Positions 40,424 through 49,100 of a DNA stretch of 52,528 nucleotides are shown here, piece by piece. Positions within the stretch are counted from its first letter, which is position 1. The number at the start of each line of letters is the position of its first letter. Below the pieces are notes generated by a model. It was given only the letters and a program-made list of their open reading frames with translations. It was not told where the DNA came from and ran no database searches. The stretch is from a virus (Duplodnaviria > Caudoviricetes). The stretch is from IMG/VR virus record IMGVR_UViG_3300032332_001158, positions 1 through 52,528 of that record; one strand, given 5' to 3'. A program made the position numbers and the translations under genes.

Positions 40424-40919
40424 TAGTTTCAAAATTTATGTCTATAACTTCAGTATTCCAAATGAAGTTAACTCCTTTCGATAATAAATATTGATACCAA
40501 GCAACTGCTATAAGAGAAAGATAATTACTTCCAATATGCCATACTGGGAATAAACGTAATCCAAAATATGGTTTGATGAAATCAGGTTCTGCTTGTGGGT
40601 CAGAGCAAAATATTTCTTTTGGTTTAGGATGGAAACGTCTAAAGTTACTGATAACTTGATCCATTAATTCCATTGCTTTCTCTTCACCACAATACTTTGA
40701 TAATACACCTCCGATAGCAGTATGATATGTTAATTTACCATCTGACCATCCACCAGCGCCTAGCATACCTGTCATTACTTCTTCAGGTAAACGATTATGT
40801 GGGTCATTTCCTTTGTCTATAATGGTGATTAATTCGCCTGGGTAGCCATTATCGACTAGTTTAGTTGCTGCGTTTATACCCGCTACTCCCGCACCTATAA
40901 TTACTATTTTCTTGTTCAT
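40386..40919 (-). CDS. FAD-dependent oxidoreductase (COG2509-like), N-terminal half; start revised to MNKKIVIIGAG
   Basis: IVIIGAGVAG Rossmann motif, GMLGAGGWSDGKL, WHIGS. Confidence 0.85.
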   Translation of the reverse strand: MNKKIVIIGAGVAGINAATKLVDNGYPGELITIIDKGNDPHNRLPEEVMTGMLGAGGWSDGKLTYHTAIGGVLSKYCGEEKAMELMDQVISNFRRFHPKPKEIFCSDPQAEPDFIKPYFGLRLFPVWHIGSNYLSLIAVAWYQYLLSKGVNFIWNTEVIDINFETNEIEYKPVKTKK

Positions 40920-40920
40920 G

Positions 40921-40931
40921 CTGTAAATATA
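40921..40931 (-). promoter_or_regulatory. class 2 motif TATATTTACAG
   Basis: 1 nt before the oxidoreductase ATG, after a terminator-like hairpin. Confidence 0.5.
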
Positions 40932-41012
40932 ATAAAGAAAGCTGTGACTTCCAAATGGAGCCACAGCTTCCTAATAATTTTTTTGTTAGCGACAGGCTAT
41001 GAATCTGTCTAT
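40931..41012 (-). ncRNA. candidate structured RNA / attenuator: short hairpin, A-rich linker, terminator hairpin
   Basis: GACAG/CTGTC stem; AAGCTGTG...CACAGCTT hairpin plus U-rich tail; lies between the ATATTTATA motif and the oxidoreductase. Confidence 0.4.
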
Positions 41013-41032
41013 ACTTCTATAAATATATTTGT

Positions 41033-41410
41033 TTATTGTATAAGACGTTTTTTTTCAAGATTATCCATACTTACTGACAAGTATGTTTCAAACTCATCTC
41101 CTTCATAATTATATGAACTTATGTTGTATGGGATGTTATACTGGTCTAAATATCCTTTCATTTCGTAGAATCCATCGTATCCTGGGTATTCAGGATCTTC
41201 TACTATTCCAAATACTACAGGGTTAGGATTAGATGGTTCTACAAATATGTTATCATCCTGGGAATAACCCTTTATAGTGGTGTTAGTGGAAGGTGATGTG
41301 TATATAATTGTTTCTTCATCAATCTTTTTAAATCGGCTACTTGGGAGTACTACTCGAATTTCTTGAAGTGCTATTTCTTGAATTAATTTTTTTAATTGAA
41401 ATTTATTCAT
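41033..41410 (-). CDS. hypothetical protein with the shared leader (MNKFQLKKLIQE...LQE)
   Basis: 125-aa ORF. Confidence 0.65.
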   Translation of the reverse strand: MNKFQLKKLIQEIALQEIRVVLPSSRFKKIDEETIIYTSPSTNTTIKGYSQDDNIFVEPSNPNPVVFGIVEDPEYPGYDGFYEMKGYLDQYNIPYNISSYNYEGDEFETYLSVSMDNLEKKRLIQ

Positions 41411-41413
41411 ATG

Positions 41414-42400
41414 TTATTTACATTTTACTAGATCATCTATGCGTGTAATATTAGTATCTTTTTTAAACGCAAAATATGTTGTATCTCCTATTTTTTGAGG
41501 GACATTATCTACTTTTAATTTATTTTTAAGAGATTCAATTGCTGGGTGGGTTGATGATACGTATAATACTCTGTTTCCACTTGAATTAGTTAAAGATTTA
41601 AAATACTTAGCATCTATGTTATCTAAACAAAATTTTTGTTTAATGGTACGAGATGCTTTAGTAGATGTTGCTCCTTCTCTTGGGAGTATAATAGATACAT
41701 AAAATGCTACTTGTTTTACTTCTGGGATGCTATTTTTAATATGTGCAAAATCTATACCATGTTGTGAATTATCATCTATAAATAGCATTTTTTCTCGCGC
41801 TAATATTTTTTCTAATTCATATTTGGGTTTAAAAAATTTTCTTGATTGAACATCATATCCTGAGCTTTTTATTTTACCACTTTCTGCATTCCACATTTTT
41901 TTAGCAGTGTTTTCTATTCTAGTTATCTGGGTTTGGCCTAAAGCTAATTCTTTATAATTATCAACTAACATGTTTTGCCAAGATGGGAATGTTTTTTTAT
42001 TTAGAGGTAAAATTTCTATTTTTGGATAATTATCTTTTATTACTTGAGCTATAAATGCAGATAAACCTTTAGAAGAACCTAAATAGTATACTACATCTGG
42101 GGTAAAACTTTTTGAAAACACTGAGCGGATTGAATTAAGAGTGATATTATATAATTCTTCTTCATTTATATTTTTTAAATTTTTTATATCGTCTGCTACT
42201 TTTTTAATTTCCTCTCCATTTTCATATTGGGGGTTATATTCAAAAGTATAATATATTGTGTTGCCTTCTCTTTGTGTGTCGCCATTAGTAGTAATTAGTA
42301 AATCTCCGGGATTGTTTGTTTGTATTAAAGTTAAACGGCCGTCTTTACTTCTAATAACTCCCTCATTAATAATTTCTTTTAATATATTAATTAATTTCAT
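41414..42400 (-). CDS. phosphoribosyltransferase-like protein with the shared leader
   Basis: MLFIDDNSQHG resembles a degenerate PRPP-binding loop; N-terminus MKLINILKEIINE. Confidence 0.5.
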   Translation of the reverse strand: MKLINILKEIINEGVIRSKDGRLTLIQTNNPGDLLITTNGDTQREGNTIYYTFEYNPQYENGEEIKKVADDIKNLKNINEEELYNITLNSIRSVFSKSFTPDVVYYLGSSKGLSAFIAQVIKDNYPKIEILPLNKKTFPSWQNMLVDNYKELALGQTQITRIENTAKKMWNAESGKIKSSGYDVQSRKFFKPKYELEKILAREKMLFIDDNSQHGIDFAHIKNSIPEVKQVAFYVSIILPREGATSTKASRTIKQKFCLDNIDAKYFKSLTNSSGNRVLYVSSTHPAIESLKNKLKVDNVPQKIGDTTYFAFKKDTNITRIDDLVKCK

Positions 42401-42412
42401 ACCTATAAATAT

Positions 42413-42438
42413 TAAAAAAGGCTCACTATTGTGAGCCT
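42413..42438 (-). terminator. intrinsic terminator
   Basis: AGGCTCAC-AATA-GTGAGCCT followed by TTTTT, directly before an ATATTTATA motif. Confidence 0.8.
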
Positions 42439-42462
42439 AATTTTAAAAATATGTTTTTAATA

Positions 42463-43113
42463 TTACTTAATAATACCAGCAATTTTTTGCATTCTAATGA
42501 ATGACTCATTCAGTGTTCCTTCTTCAAGTTGAGCATCATCATATAATTGGTCTGAGTTCCAAGATAAACCTCTTTGTCTATCATTCCAGTTAGAGGCTCC
42601 ACCCATTTTTTGTACTTTAGGCATGTCATCTTCATCTACTGGTTGGTGTTTTGTTTTACCTTTATCAAATGGGTTATCTTCTTCTCCAGCATCAATGTTA
42701 TCTACACCAAATGTGTTTTTTCTATTTTTACCTTTTTTCTTAGCTTCTTCTAAATCCATTTCTCCCATTACATCATTTTCATCAATTGGTGTGTCTTCAG
42801 TTACAGCATCAGTAGTTACTTCTTTTTTCTTACCTTTGTTAGCATGTTTACCTTGAAGTTTTTCTAGTTTACTGTGATACTTTTTAAGTTCAGCGATTTC
42901 TTTTTGAATTTCTTTTAACTTAGCACCATCAACCATTTCTTTTAATTCTTCATTCTCATCAATACTACGTAATTTATCTTCACGTTTTCTGATAGCTTCT
43001 TCACAAGCTGTTTTTTTAGCCTCGTACATAGCACCAGTACCTTGGTCATCAATTTCTTTGATATATTCGTTAATAGATTCACGAATTAAAGAGCGTAAAT
43101 TTTCTAATTTCAT
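42463..43113 (-). CDS. putative internal head protein with leader and scaffold-like C-terminus
   Basis: MKLENLRSLIRESINE...; ends LNESFIRMQKIAGIIK. Confidence 0.65.
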   Translation of the reverse strand: MKLENLRSLIRESINEYIKEIDDQGTGAMYEAKKTACEEAIRKREDKLRSIDENEELKEMVDGAKLKEIQKEIAELKKYHSKLEKLQGKHANKGKKKEVTTDAVTEDTPIDENDVMGEMDLEEAKKKGKNRKNTFGVDNIDAGEEDNPFDKGKTKHQPVDEDDMPKVQKMGGASNWNDRQRGLSWNSDQLYDDAQLEEGTLNESFIRMQKIAGIIK

Positions 43114-43144
43114 TTTAGTTATGTTTTATTATAAATATATGTGC

Positions 43145-43531
43145 TTATATAACTGTATATTCGTTTTTACCTATTTTTAAATTAGTGATAGTATTTATAG
43201 ATATCATTCTATATCCTTGACCGGTTGCATTGTGTGCTTTAGGATCCCATACTGGAATTAGTCCCTTTTCTTCTGCATCATATGCTAGCTGGCCACCACG
43301 TTGGTATACTTTTACTCCTAAGCGAGCATTCATTACTCTTTCAGTACCATCTTTTTTAATAAATGTTACTGTAAAGAATTTACCGTTAGTTGCTTTAATC
43401 AAGTCTTTAGCTTCTTCTTTACTAATCTCACCAGGGGGGGTTGAAGGGGTTTCTGCAGGGACTATTGGTCCGTCTTCTCCTTCGCTACCATTATTTTCAA
43501 AAATACGTGTTTTAGGGTAATTGATTTTCAT
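43145..43531 (-). CDS. WYL_2 / SH3-like beta-barrel protein (start probably MKINYPK)
   Basis: GKFFTVTFIKKDGTERVMNARL...WD...GYRMI. Confidence 0.65.
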   Translation of the reverse strand: MKINYPKTRIFENNGSEGEDGPIVPAETPSTPPGEISKEEAKDLIKATNGKFFTVTFIKKDGTERVMNARLGVKVYQRGGQLAYDAEEKGLIPVWDPKAHNATGQGYRMISINTITNLKIGKNEYTVI

Positions 43532-44291
43532 TTTCTTCTTTAGTTTGTAAATATTTTTGATATGTTCTTTCAGATACAGTATGGTATTTACCACACTCTT
43601 GGCATTGTGTTTGTATTCGAGCTAATCCTAAAGCTGATAAGCGTTTTTTAGAATAAGCCATATTGTCAGAACCACATTCAGGGCATGAACATTTCTCTCC
43701 ACCCATAGCTACACCATGGTGAGTTTTATTCGGAATATAATTTGCAAGTTCGTTATATACTTTTTCAAGTATAACAACGTCGTTCATACAGTACTCCGAC
43801 ATTTCTTTTAATGCCTCTGCGTCTTTATTTAAAACTATATTTTTCCACAAGTCATAACCTGTGTGAATTTTTTCTCCTACTCCTAAAAATTTAGCTATGT
43901 AATCTAATTTATTACTGTTAAAGTTAAATTTAGATCTAGCGTTTTTAAGTGTATCTAATGTTGTATAATTAGGGAATACTGGGATTCGATGATATAAGCA
44001 TCTTGTTCTGATCCATGGTAGATCAAATCTGTCTCCATTATGTCCTATTAATTCATCTGCTTCGTTAGCAATTTTAATAAATTTTTCTAGAAGAGATTTA
44101 TCGTTTTGATTTTTATCCCAAGTTAAAACATATGTTTTATCTTCATCAGCCCACTTATATGCTATACAAATAATAGCTCTTTCTTTAATAATGTTATCGG
44201 GGCTAATGGTTTTTTTAAAACCGGCTGACCAGAATAAGCCAATATTTGGGCTTGTTTCTATGTCAAAGAATAATCTTTTTATTTTACTCAT
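43512..44291 (-). CDS. RNase H-like (DnaQ-type, RNase_H_2) 3'-5' exonuclease with C-terminal Zn ribbon
   Basis: FDIET, GHNGDRFD, YCMNDV motifs; CPEC...CQEC. Confidence 0.85.
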   Translation of the reverse strand: MSKIKRLFFDIETSPNIGLFWSAGFKKTISPDNIIKERAIICIAYKWADEDKTYVLTWDKNQNDKSLLEKFIKIANEADELIGHNGDRFDLPWIRTRCLYHRIPVFPNYTTLDTLKNARSKFNFNSNKLDYIAKFLGVGEKIHTGYDLWKNIVLNKDAEALKEMSEYCMNDVVILEKVYNELANYIPNKTHHGVAMGGEKCSCPECGSDNMAYSKKRLSALGLARIQTQCQECGKYHTVSERTYQKYLQTKEENENQLP

Positions 44292-44304
44292 ATTGAGAAT
44301 TTTG

Positions 44305-44337
44305 CTGTAAATATAAAAAGGATTACTTAGTAATCCT
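44305..44337 (-). promoter_or_regulatory. terminator hairpin whose T-tract runs into the class 2 motif TATATTTACAG
   Basis: AGGATTAC-TAA-GTAATCCT-TTTT then ATATTTACAG. Confidence 0.6.
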
Positions 44338-44345
44338 AATTATTT

Positions 44346-44732
44346 TTACACTGTTGTTTTTTCTACGGGCTTATTTAACTTAAAATTTTTAACTCCTTCT
44401 ATATTTCTAATATCTCTTAAAAGTTGTTGTAAATCTTCATCTTGGAATCCTGACGGATATGGGTGAGGGTCTATTTTTACTTTAACTATAGAGTAATAGT
44501 TAGGGTTGTTAAATGCGAATACTTCTTGTCCTTGCATAGGATAATCCTTAGAAGATACAATTGTTACTCCAGGTAAAGAACGGATGTCAGACAAAATATC
44601 TTTTTGAGGACGACCCGTGTCTACAGAAGTGTCTGTTTGGAGGAGTCCCTCAAAATTATATTGAGTGGACTCCTCTTTTAAGACTAATTGTAGTTCTTCT
44701 CTAATTATTTCTATTAAACGAGAACGTTTCAT
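44346..44732 (-). CDS. hypothetical protein with the shared leader, possible ferredoxin-like fold
   Basis: MKRSRLIEIIREELQLVLKEE; DIRSLPGVTIV and DIRNIEGVKNF pseudo-repeat. Confidence 0.65.
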   Translation of the reverse strand: MKRSRLIEIIREELQLVLKEESTQYNFEGLLQTDTSVDTGRPQKDILSDIRSLPGVTIVSSKDYPMQGQEVFAFNNPNYYSIVKVKIDPHPYPSGFQDEDLQQLLRDIRNIEGVKNFKLNKPVEKTTV

Positions 44733-46111
44733 TTTTTGTATATTTTTAATACTAATTTGTCGTTTCCTTTAATTAAACGATGCCATTCGCCTTTTGGTAT
44801 AAATATTGATTCATTTATAGAAGTTGGTAATTGATTTTCTAATTGAATTTTCCAATCAGTTTTACCTACAATTTCTACAATACGATCTTCTTTATCACGA
44901 TGCCATTTTAATTCAGTAGGATCTACATTTTTACTAAATTCACGAATAATATAATCTTTAGTTTCTTTAAGATTTTTATAAGGTTTTTTATTTTCTTCTA
45001 AACCTAAATCAGCTAAACTAATATTATCAATATCATCATCTTCATTTTCGTCTGGGGCTGGCTCCATATGACTTTCAGCCCATTGTTTTTGAGATGCTGT
45101 TAATCTATTATTTAATAAACTTTCGATAAATGCTACAAATGCAGCAGCATCATCTTCGCGGTATAAGTTAGCTAAAAATAATTCAAATGAAATTTTATCG
45201 CGAACATTAGCTCCAGCATGTAATGCTTTTAAATCAGCTAATATATGAGTACCTGTACCAAAATCTTCTGGTTCATGCTCTAATTTATCAGCTGCTGCTA
45301 CTACGTCCATGTTTGTACTTGCATCTTTGGTAAATCCTTGAAGTGAAATGATTTCAAATAATCCTTTAATAATTTCGTGAACTAAAAATGGGAATATTAT
45401 ACCGGCTGCTCTAATTTTTAAGTTACCATCATCATCAAAATCTGCTTCAGATTCTCCACCCTTGCCAGATGCTGCTGCTCCTCCAGGATTTCCAGCTAGC
45501 ATAGCTAACAACATAGCTACTGCTTCTTTATCATAAAATATACCAAATACCTTTTTTAATGAATCACCATATTTAGTAACTGAGTCATCTAAGTTAGCCA
45601 TTACAGCGCTATATCTTTGTAATAGGTTATCATCTACATCATCTAAGAAATCCATAAATGGCCTATCTAATGAACCCTGGATTGATGCTCCTTGAGTAAT
45701 AGCGTTAATAAGGCGTCTTTTAGCTATCTCATCATTTTTAAGATCAGGTTGATCTTGTGATGGAATTTGAGGTTGCTCCATTCCTTCTTCTTCCTCTTCT
45801 TCATCTTCGTCATCATCTTTAGGAGGTAATTGACCCATCCCTAATGTAGCTTCAATTTCAATATTATATTCATCAATAATCGGGTACATGCTTTTTACCA
45901 TTTCTACAGCTAGATTTTCTAGTTCTGGAATGTATGGTGCTTCGGCTTGTACTAATTGACTAAGTAATGCTTGAGACTTTTGCATTATTTGCATTAATGA
46001 ATCATTACCTAATAAGCGAGCTCGAGCTTCAGCGTTTCTCCTCTCAATACCAGAAAGTGTTTCTGGGTCTTTAAAGATATCGCTGTATTTCATTTCGTGA
46101 AGTTTCTTCAT
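44729..46111 (-). CDS. helical hypothetical protein fused to a C-terminal cupin
   Basis: KRRLINAITQGAS core; acidic linker; WHRDKEDR...IFIPKGEWHRLIKG cupin motifs. Confidence 0.7.
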   Translation of the reverse strand: MKKLHEMKYSDIFKDPETLSGIERRNAEARARLLGNDSLMQIMQKSQALLSQLVQAEAPYIPELENLAVEMVKSMYPIIDEYNIEIEATLGMGQLPPKDDDEDEEEEEEGMEQPQIPSQDQPDLKNDEIAKRRLINAITQGASIQGSLDRPFMDFLDDVDDNLLQRYSAVMANLDDSVTKYGDSLKKVFGIFYDKEAVAMLLAMLAGNPGGAAASGKGGESEADFDDDGNLKIRAAGIIFPFLVHEIIKGLFEIISLQGFTKDASTNMDVVAAADKLEHEPEDFGTGTHILADLKALHAGANVRDKISFELFLANLYREDDAAAFVAFIESLLNNRLTASQKQWAESHMEPAPDENEDDDIDNISLADLGLEENKKPYKNLKETKDYIIREFSKNVDPTELKWHRDKEDRIVEIVGKTDWKIQLENQLPTSINESIFIPKGEWHRLIKGNDKLVLKIYKK

Positions 46112-46356
46112 TTTTTTAGTTTTTTGTACTTATTCATTATTCCTTTTACTAAAGTTTCTTCTCTAGTTTCTTTAACTTCTCCTTTAGCTTTTGGTTTAGT
46201 CTTTGGAGCGTCTTTAGGAGGAGTTAATGGACTTGGTTTGCCAGGTTTGGTAGTAGGCTTAGCAGGAGTTTTAACTGGTGCAGGTGCTGTTTCAGCTTCT
46301 GCTAATACTTTAGCTAACTCTTCTTTAATGATACGTTTTAAATCTTGGATTTTCAT
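46108..46356 (-). CDS. small Pro/Lys-rich protein with the shared leader
   Basis: MKIQDLKRIIKEELAKVLAE followed by a low-complexity PK-rich segment. Confidence 0.7.
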   Translation of the reverse strand: MKIQDLKRIIKEELAKVLAEAETAPAPVKTPAKPTTKPGKPSPLTPPKDAPKTKPKAKGEVKETREETLVKGIMNKYKKLKK

Positions 46357-46369
46357 TTTTATTTTGTTT

Positions 46370-49072
46370 TTAGGGTTTTTTAATCATTGATGGGTCATGA
46401 GCCATATGTAATCTAACTGTGACTTCTGTTAATTCCTCATTTAAGTCATTTTGTTGCAATGTGGCTGCTAAAGTAGATGGGTCTGTTAATCTTATATAGT
46501 TTCCATTTGGTCTCATTATTAAGTGAGCATTACCAGGTTGAATAACAATAGAAACTACTATTAATCCACTAGCTAATCTTATAACATATGCTTTACTTGG
46601 AGTATTAACAGATTCAAATACACCTATTACTCGACCTGCTCCTCGTAATAAATTATTACGACGAGATGCTCCTCTATCGTTATTCATAGGAACAGCATTT
46701 ACTCTAGTTAAAGGACGTTTAGCCCAAATAGGTAAACCATCAAATGAGGTAGCTAAAGCCTGGCCATATTCAGGAAGTCCTCCTATAGTAGTTGCAAATT
46801 CTACTCCTGCGTTTGCATCTACTCCTGCTGCCGCTGCTGGTTGAGGTGCGGCAACGTTTTGGCCTCCGGGACGTCTACCTCTTCTTGCTGGTTCAGCTGC
46901 TCCGGCTGCTGCAGGTCCAGCTGCTGGTGCTTCGGGTTGTGCTGCTCCTACTAATTGTCTAGCTAAAGCAGGAGGTATAGATGCTCTAATTAATGAGCCT
47001 CGTTTTCCTACTGCTCTACTATCTGATGGATTGCGTAAATTTATCAGTGTAGGAATTTCTTCTCCATTCTTTGTTATAAGAACTGGGCGGAAATTATTTG
47101 CTAGGTTTAAAGGTGGGTTGCTACTTATAAACATTCTTTTTCCAGCCATAGCCAGTGTATATCTGTGCGCGGCGTTATCTAACATATTTTCAAGAGCAGT
47201 GTCGTTATATGTTGCATTTTTACTTCTTAAATATTCAAAATACGCAGTCCAGTCTCCTTCTGTTAAAGGTTCATATCTATCAAATGAACGCCAATTATTT
47301 CCATTGTATCCAATTTCTGCTGCAGGAGCCGTAAGTAATACTGTATTACTTACCCAAAATAGTCTATCTCCTATCATTAAAACCAAGCTATTATCTCCTT
47401 GAAATCCTGTTCTTTCAGAATAAGGAAGAGCCCTTAATAGATTAAAAAATGGTTCTTTATCTATAGTTGAAGGAATCTGGCTCCCATTTTTTATCAAATC
47501 GTATGCTGCTCGTTTTAGCCCATCACTATTTTCAGATGCAGCCAATGCAGCTTGTGCTTCTTCACTATTAAAAGGAATAGATTCTATTGCATTTCCTTCT
47601 AATTTCCAAGCAGTAAATGTATTTCCATCTATAATAATTTGGTTTCCATTCTCTAATGTTTGAAGTGTAATAGCTGAGTCTGGGTCTTCTTTGGCTTTTT
47701 CTATTATTTTATTTATAAATGCTCTTCCAACTACTCCCTCTTTAAATAGATCCAAAGCAGTTTTAAATGGTATTTTATCTAGATCTGGGTATGCTAGTAA
47801 TAATTGGGCAGTGGTTTTATTTATCGCTACAGAGGGATAACTACCTCCGTCTTTATATACACCCATTGATATTTTTCCACTACCAGGATCAATTACTACT
47901 CGTACTATTATTTCATTACCTAATTTATCATTAACTAAATACACATCACCACCTTCTGAAGATGTGTCCCATATTTTATTGCGGGTTATTTCTTTTTTAA
48001 TAGAAAAGGGCAAATCGGGTGATGCAAGATTTTTTATGTTTATTTTTTGACGTACGTTCCCTTCTTCTCTATTTGTTAATTGATGAAGAATAGATCGTTG
48101 ATTAGTTGGGGTAAAAAAGTCTATGTAGTTTAATAAATCATTTAAATCTAATACTCCATAAGTTCTTGCTATTTCTTCAGCTACATCTTTTAAATTATTG
48201 CCAGGTAATTTTTTAGATAAAAACGCACCCATACTTAAATCAGTAAACGGACGGTCCTCTTTTTTATATTTAGTTAAATACTTTATTTTTTGATTTACAG
48301 GAAGTACTAACCACTGGTTATAGTCTAGTTTTAAGGATTTAACCCCTCTTCGTCTTTCTTCTTCAGGAGTAAAAGGTATCCATTTAATTATATTACGTAA
48401 ATTAGGAATTTCTGATAACCATGGAATTTCTTGATTAAGTTGAGACCAACTCATCCTCTCAGACATTCCTGGTCTATTTTCTCTATTAGTGTATCTGTAT
48501 TCTCCGTTTTGTAATATTTGAACAGCAACAAAACTTAATGGATTATTTGCTGGGAGATTTCTGTTTTTAATCAGGTAAAATGTAGGGTATCCATATTCTG
48601 CTCCGTATCTATAGTTTCCCCAAAATGATCCACCAGGTTGTGTAATACACCATCTGCTACCACCGCTAGTACCTTCTGGTTGGTCTACTCCATATCTTAC
48701 ACAATTTTCTTGTCTTGCTCCATTCCATGCAGTTATAGATCCGTCTTCGGATTGATAGGCTACATCTGAGAAATTAGTGTCGGGTTCATCCTCTTCAGGA
48801 GCAAATTTCTTTTTACTAGTTACTACTCTTATAAGATCATCTAAATCATATTGAGTAATATCGGATGGTGTAACTGCGCCTGATTGTCTAAGTTTATCAA
48901 AAAATTCAATATACTTTTTTAATTTTTCGTCTGTAATGTCCGGTATATTAAATGCGTCTGCTTGGGCTGTAAATTTCGTGACTAGTTTGTCAACTATATC
49001 TTTGCTATATGCTTCTACTAAAAAGTCATAATTTTTATTAATATGTTCTAATAATATAGAAACTTTCTTCAT
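46370..49072 (-). CDS. large hypothetical protein with a WCI (PcfJ-like) N-terminal domain
   Basis: CVRYG...WCIT...WGNYRY...PTFYLI motif; ATATTTATA upstream; Ala/Pro linker. Confidence 0.6.
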   Translation of the reverse strand: MKKVSILLEHINKNYDFLVEAYSKDIVDKLVTKFTAQADAFNIPDITDEKLKKYIEFFDKLRQSGAVTPSDITQYDLDDLIRVVTSKKKFAPEEDEPDTNFSDVAYQSEDGSITAWNGARQENCVRYGVDQPEGTSGGSRWCITQPGGSFWGNYRYGAEYGYPTFYLIKNRNLPANNPLSFVAVQILQNGEYRYTNRENRPGMSERMSWSQLNQEIPWLSEIPNLRNIIKWIPFTPEEERRRGVKSLKLDYNQWLVLPVNQKIKYLTKYKKEDRPFTDLSMGAFLSKKLPGNNLKDVAEEIARTYGVLDLNDLLNYIDFFTPTNQRSILHQLTNREEGNVRQKINIKNLASPDLPFSIKKEITRNKIWDTSSEGGDVYLVNDKLGNEIIVRVVIDPGSGKISMGVYKDGGSYPSVAINKTTAQLLLAYPDLDKIPFKTALDLFKEGVVGRAFINKIIEKAKEDPDSAITLQTLENGNQIIIDGNTFTAWKLEGNAIESIPFNSEEAQAALAASENSDGLKRAAYDLIKNGSQIPSTIDKEPFFNLLRALPYSERTGFQGDNSLVLMIGDRLFWVSNTVLLTAPAAEIGYNGNNWRSFDRYEPLTEGDWTAYFEYLRSKNATYNDTALENMLDNAAHRYTLAMAGKRMFISSNPPLNLANNFRPVLITKNGEEIPTLINLRNPSDSRAVGKRGSLIRASIPPALARQLVGAAQPEAPAAGPAAAGAAEPARRGRRPGGQNVAAPQPAAAAGVDANAGVEFATTIGGLPEYGQALATSFDGLPIWAKRPLTRVNAVPMNNDRGASRRNNLLRGAGRVIGVFESVNTPSKAYVIRLASGLIVVSIVIQPGNAHLIMRPNGNYIRLTDPSTLAATLQQNDLNEELTEVTVRLHMAHDPSMIKKP

Positions 49073-49100
49073 GAGAATAATTTGTTATAAATATATTTAA

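Noticed and set aside
39358-40430. Group I intron or intein interrupting the oxidoreductase
   Set aside because: The insert is wall-to-wall coding in other frames, no P/Q/R/S core or intein terminal motifs are visible, and the C-half has its own ATG. An Infernal search would settle it.
40975-41010. Canonical preQ1-I riboswitch
   Set aside because: The loop starts with A rather than the conserved U, the tail lacks the usual short pairing segment, and the downstream gene is not a queuosine gene; kept only as an unclassified candidate.
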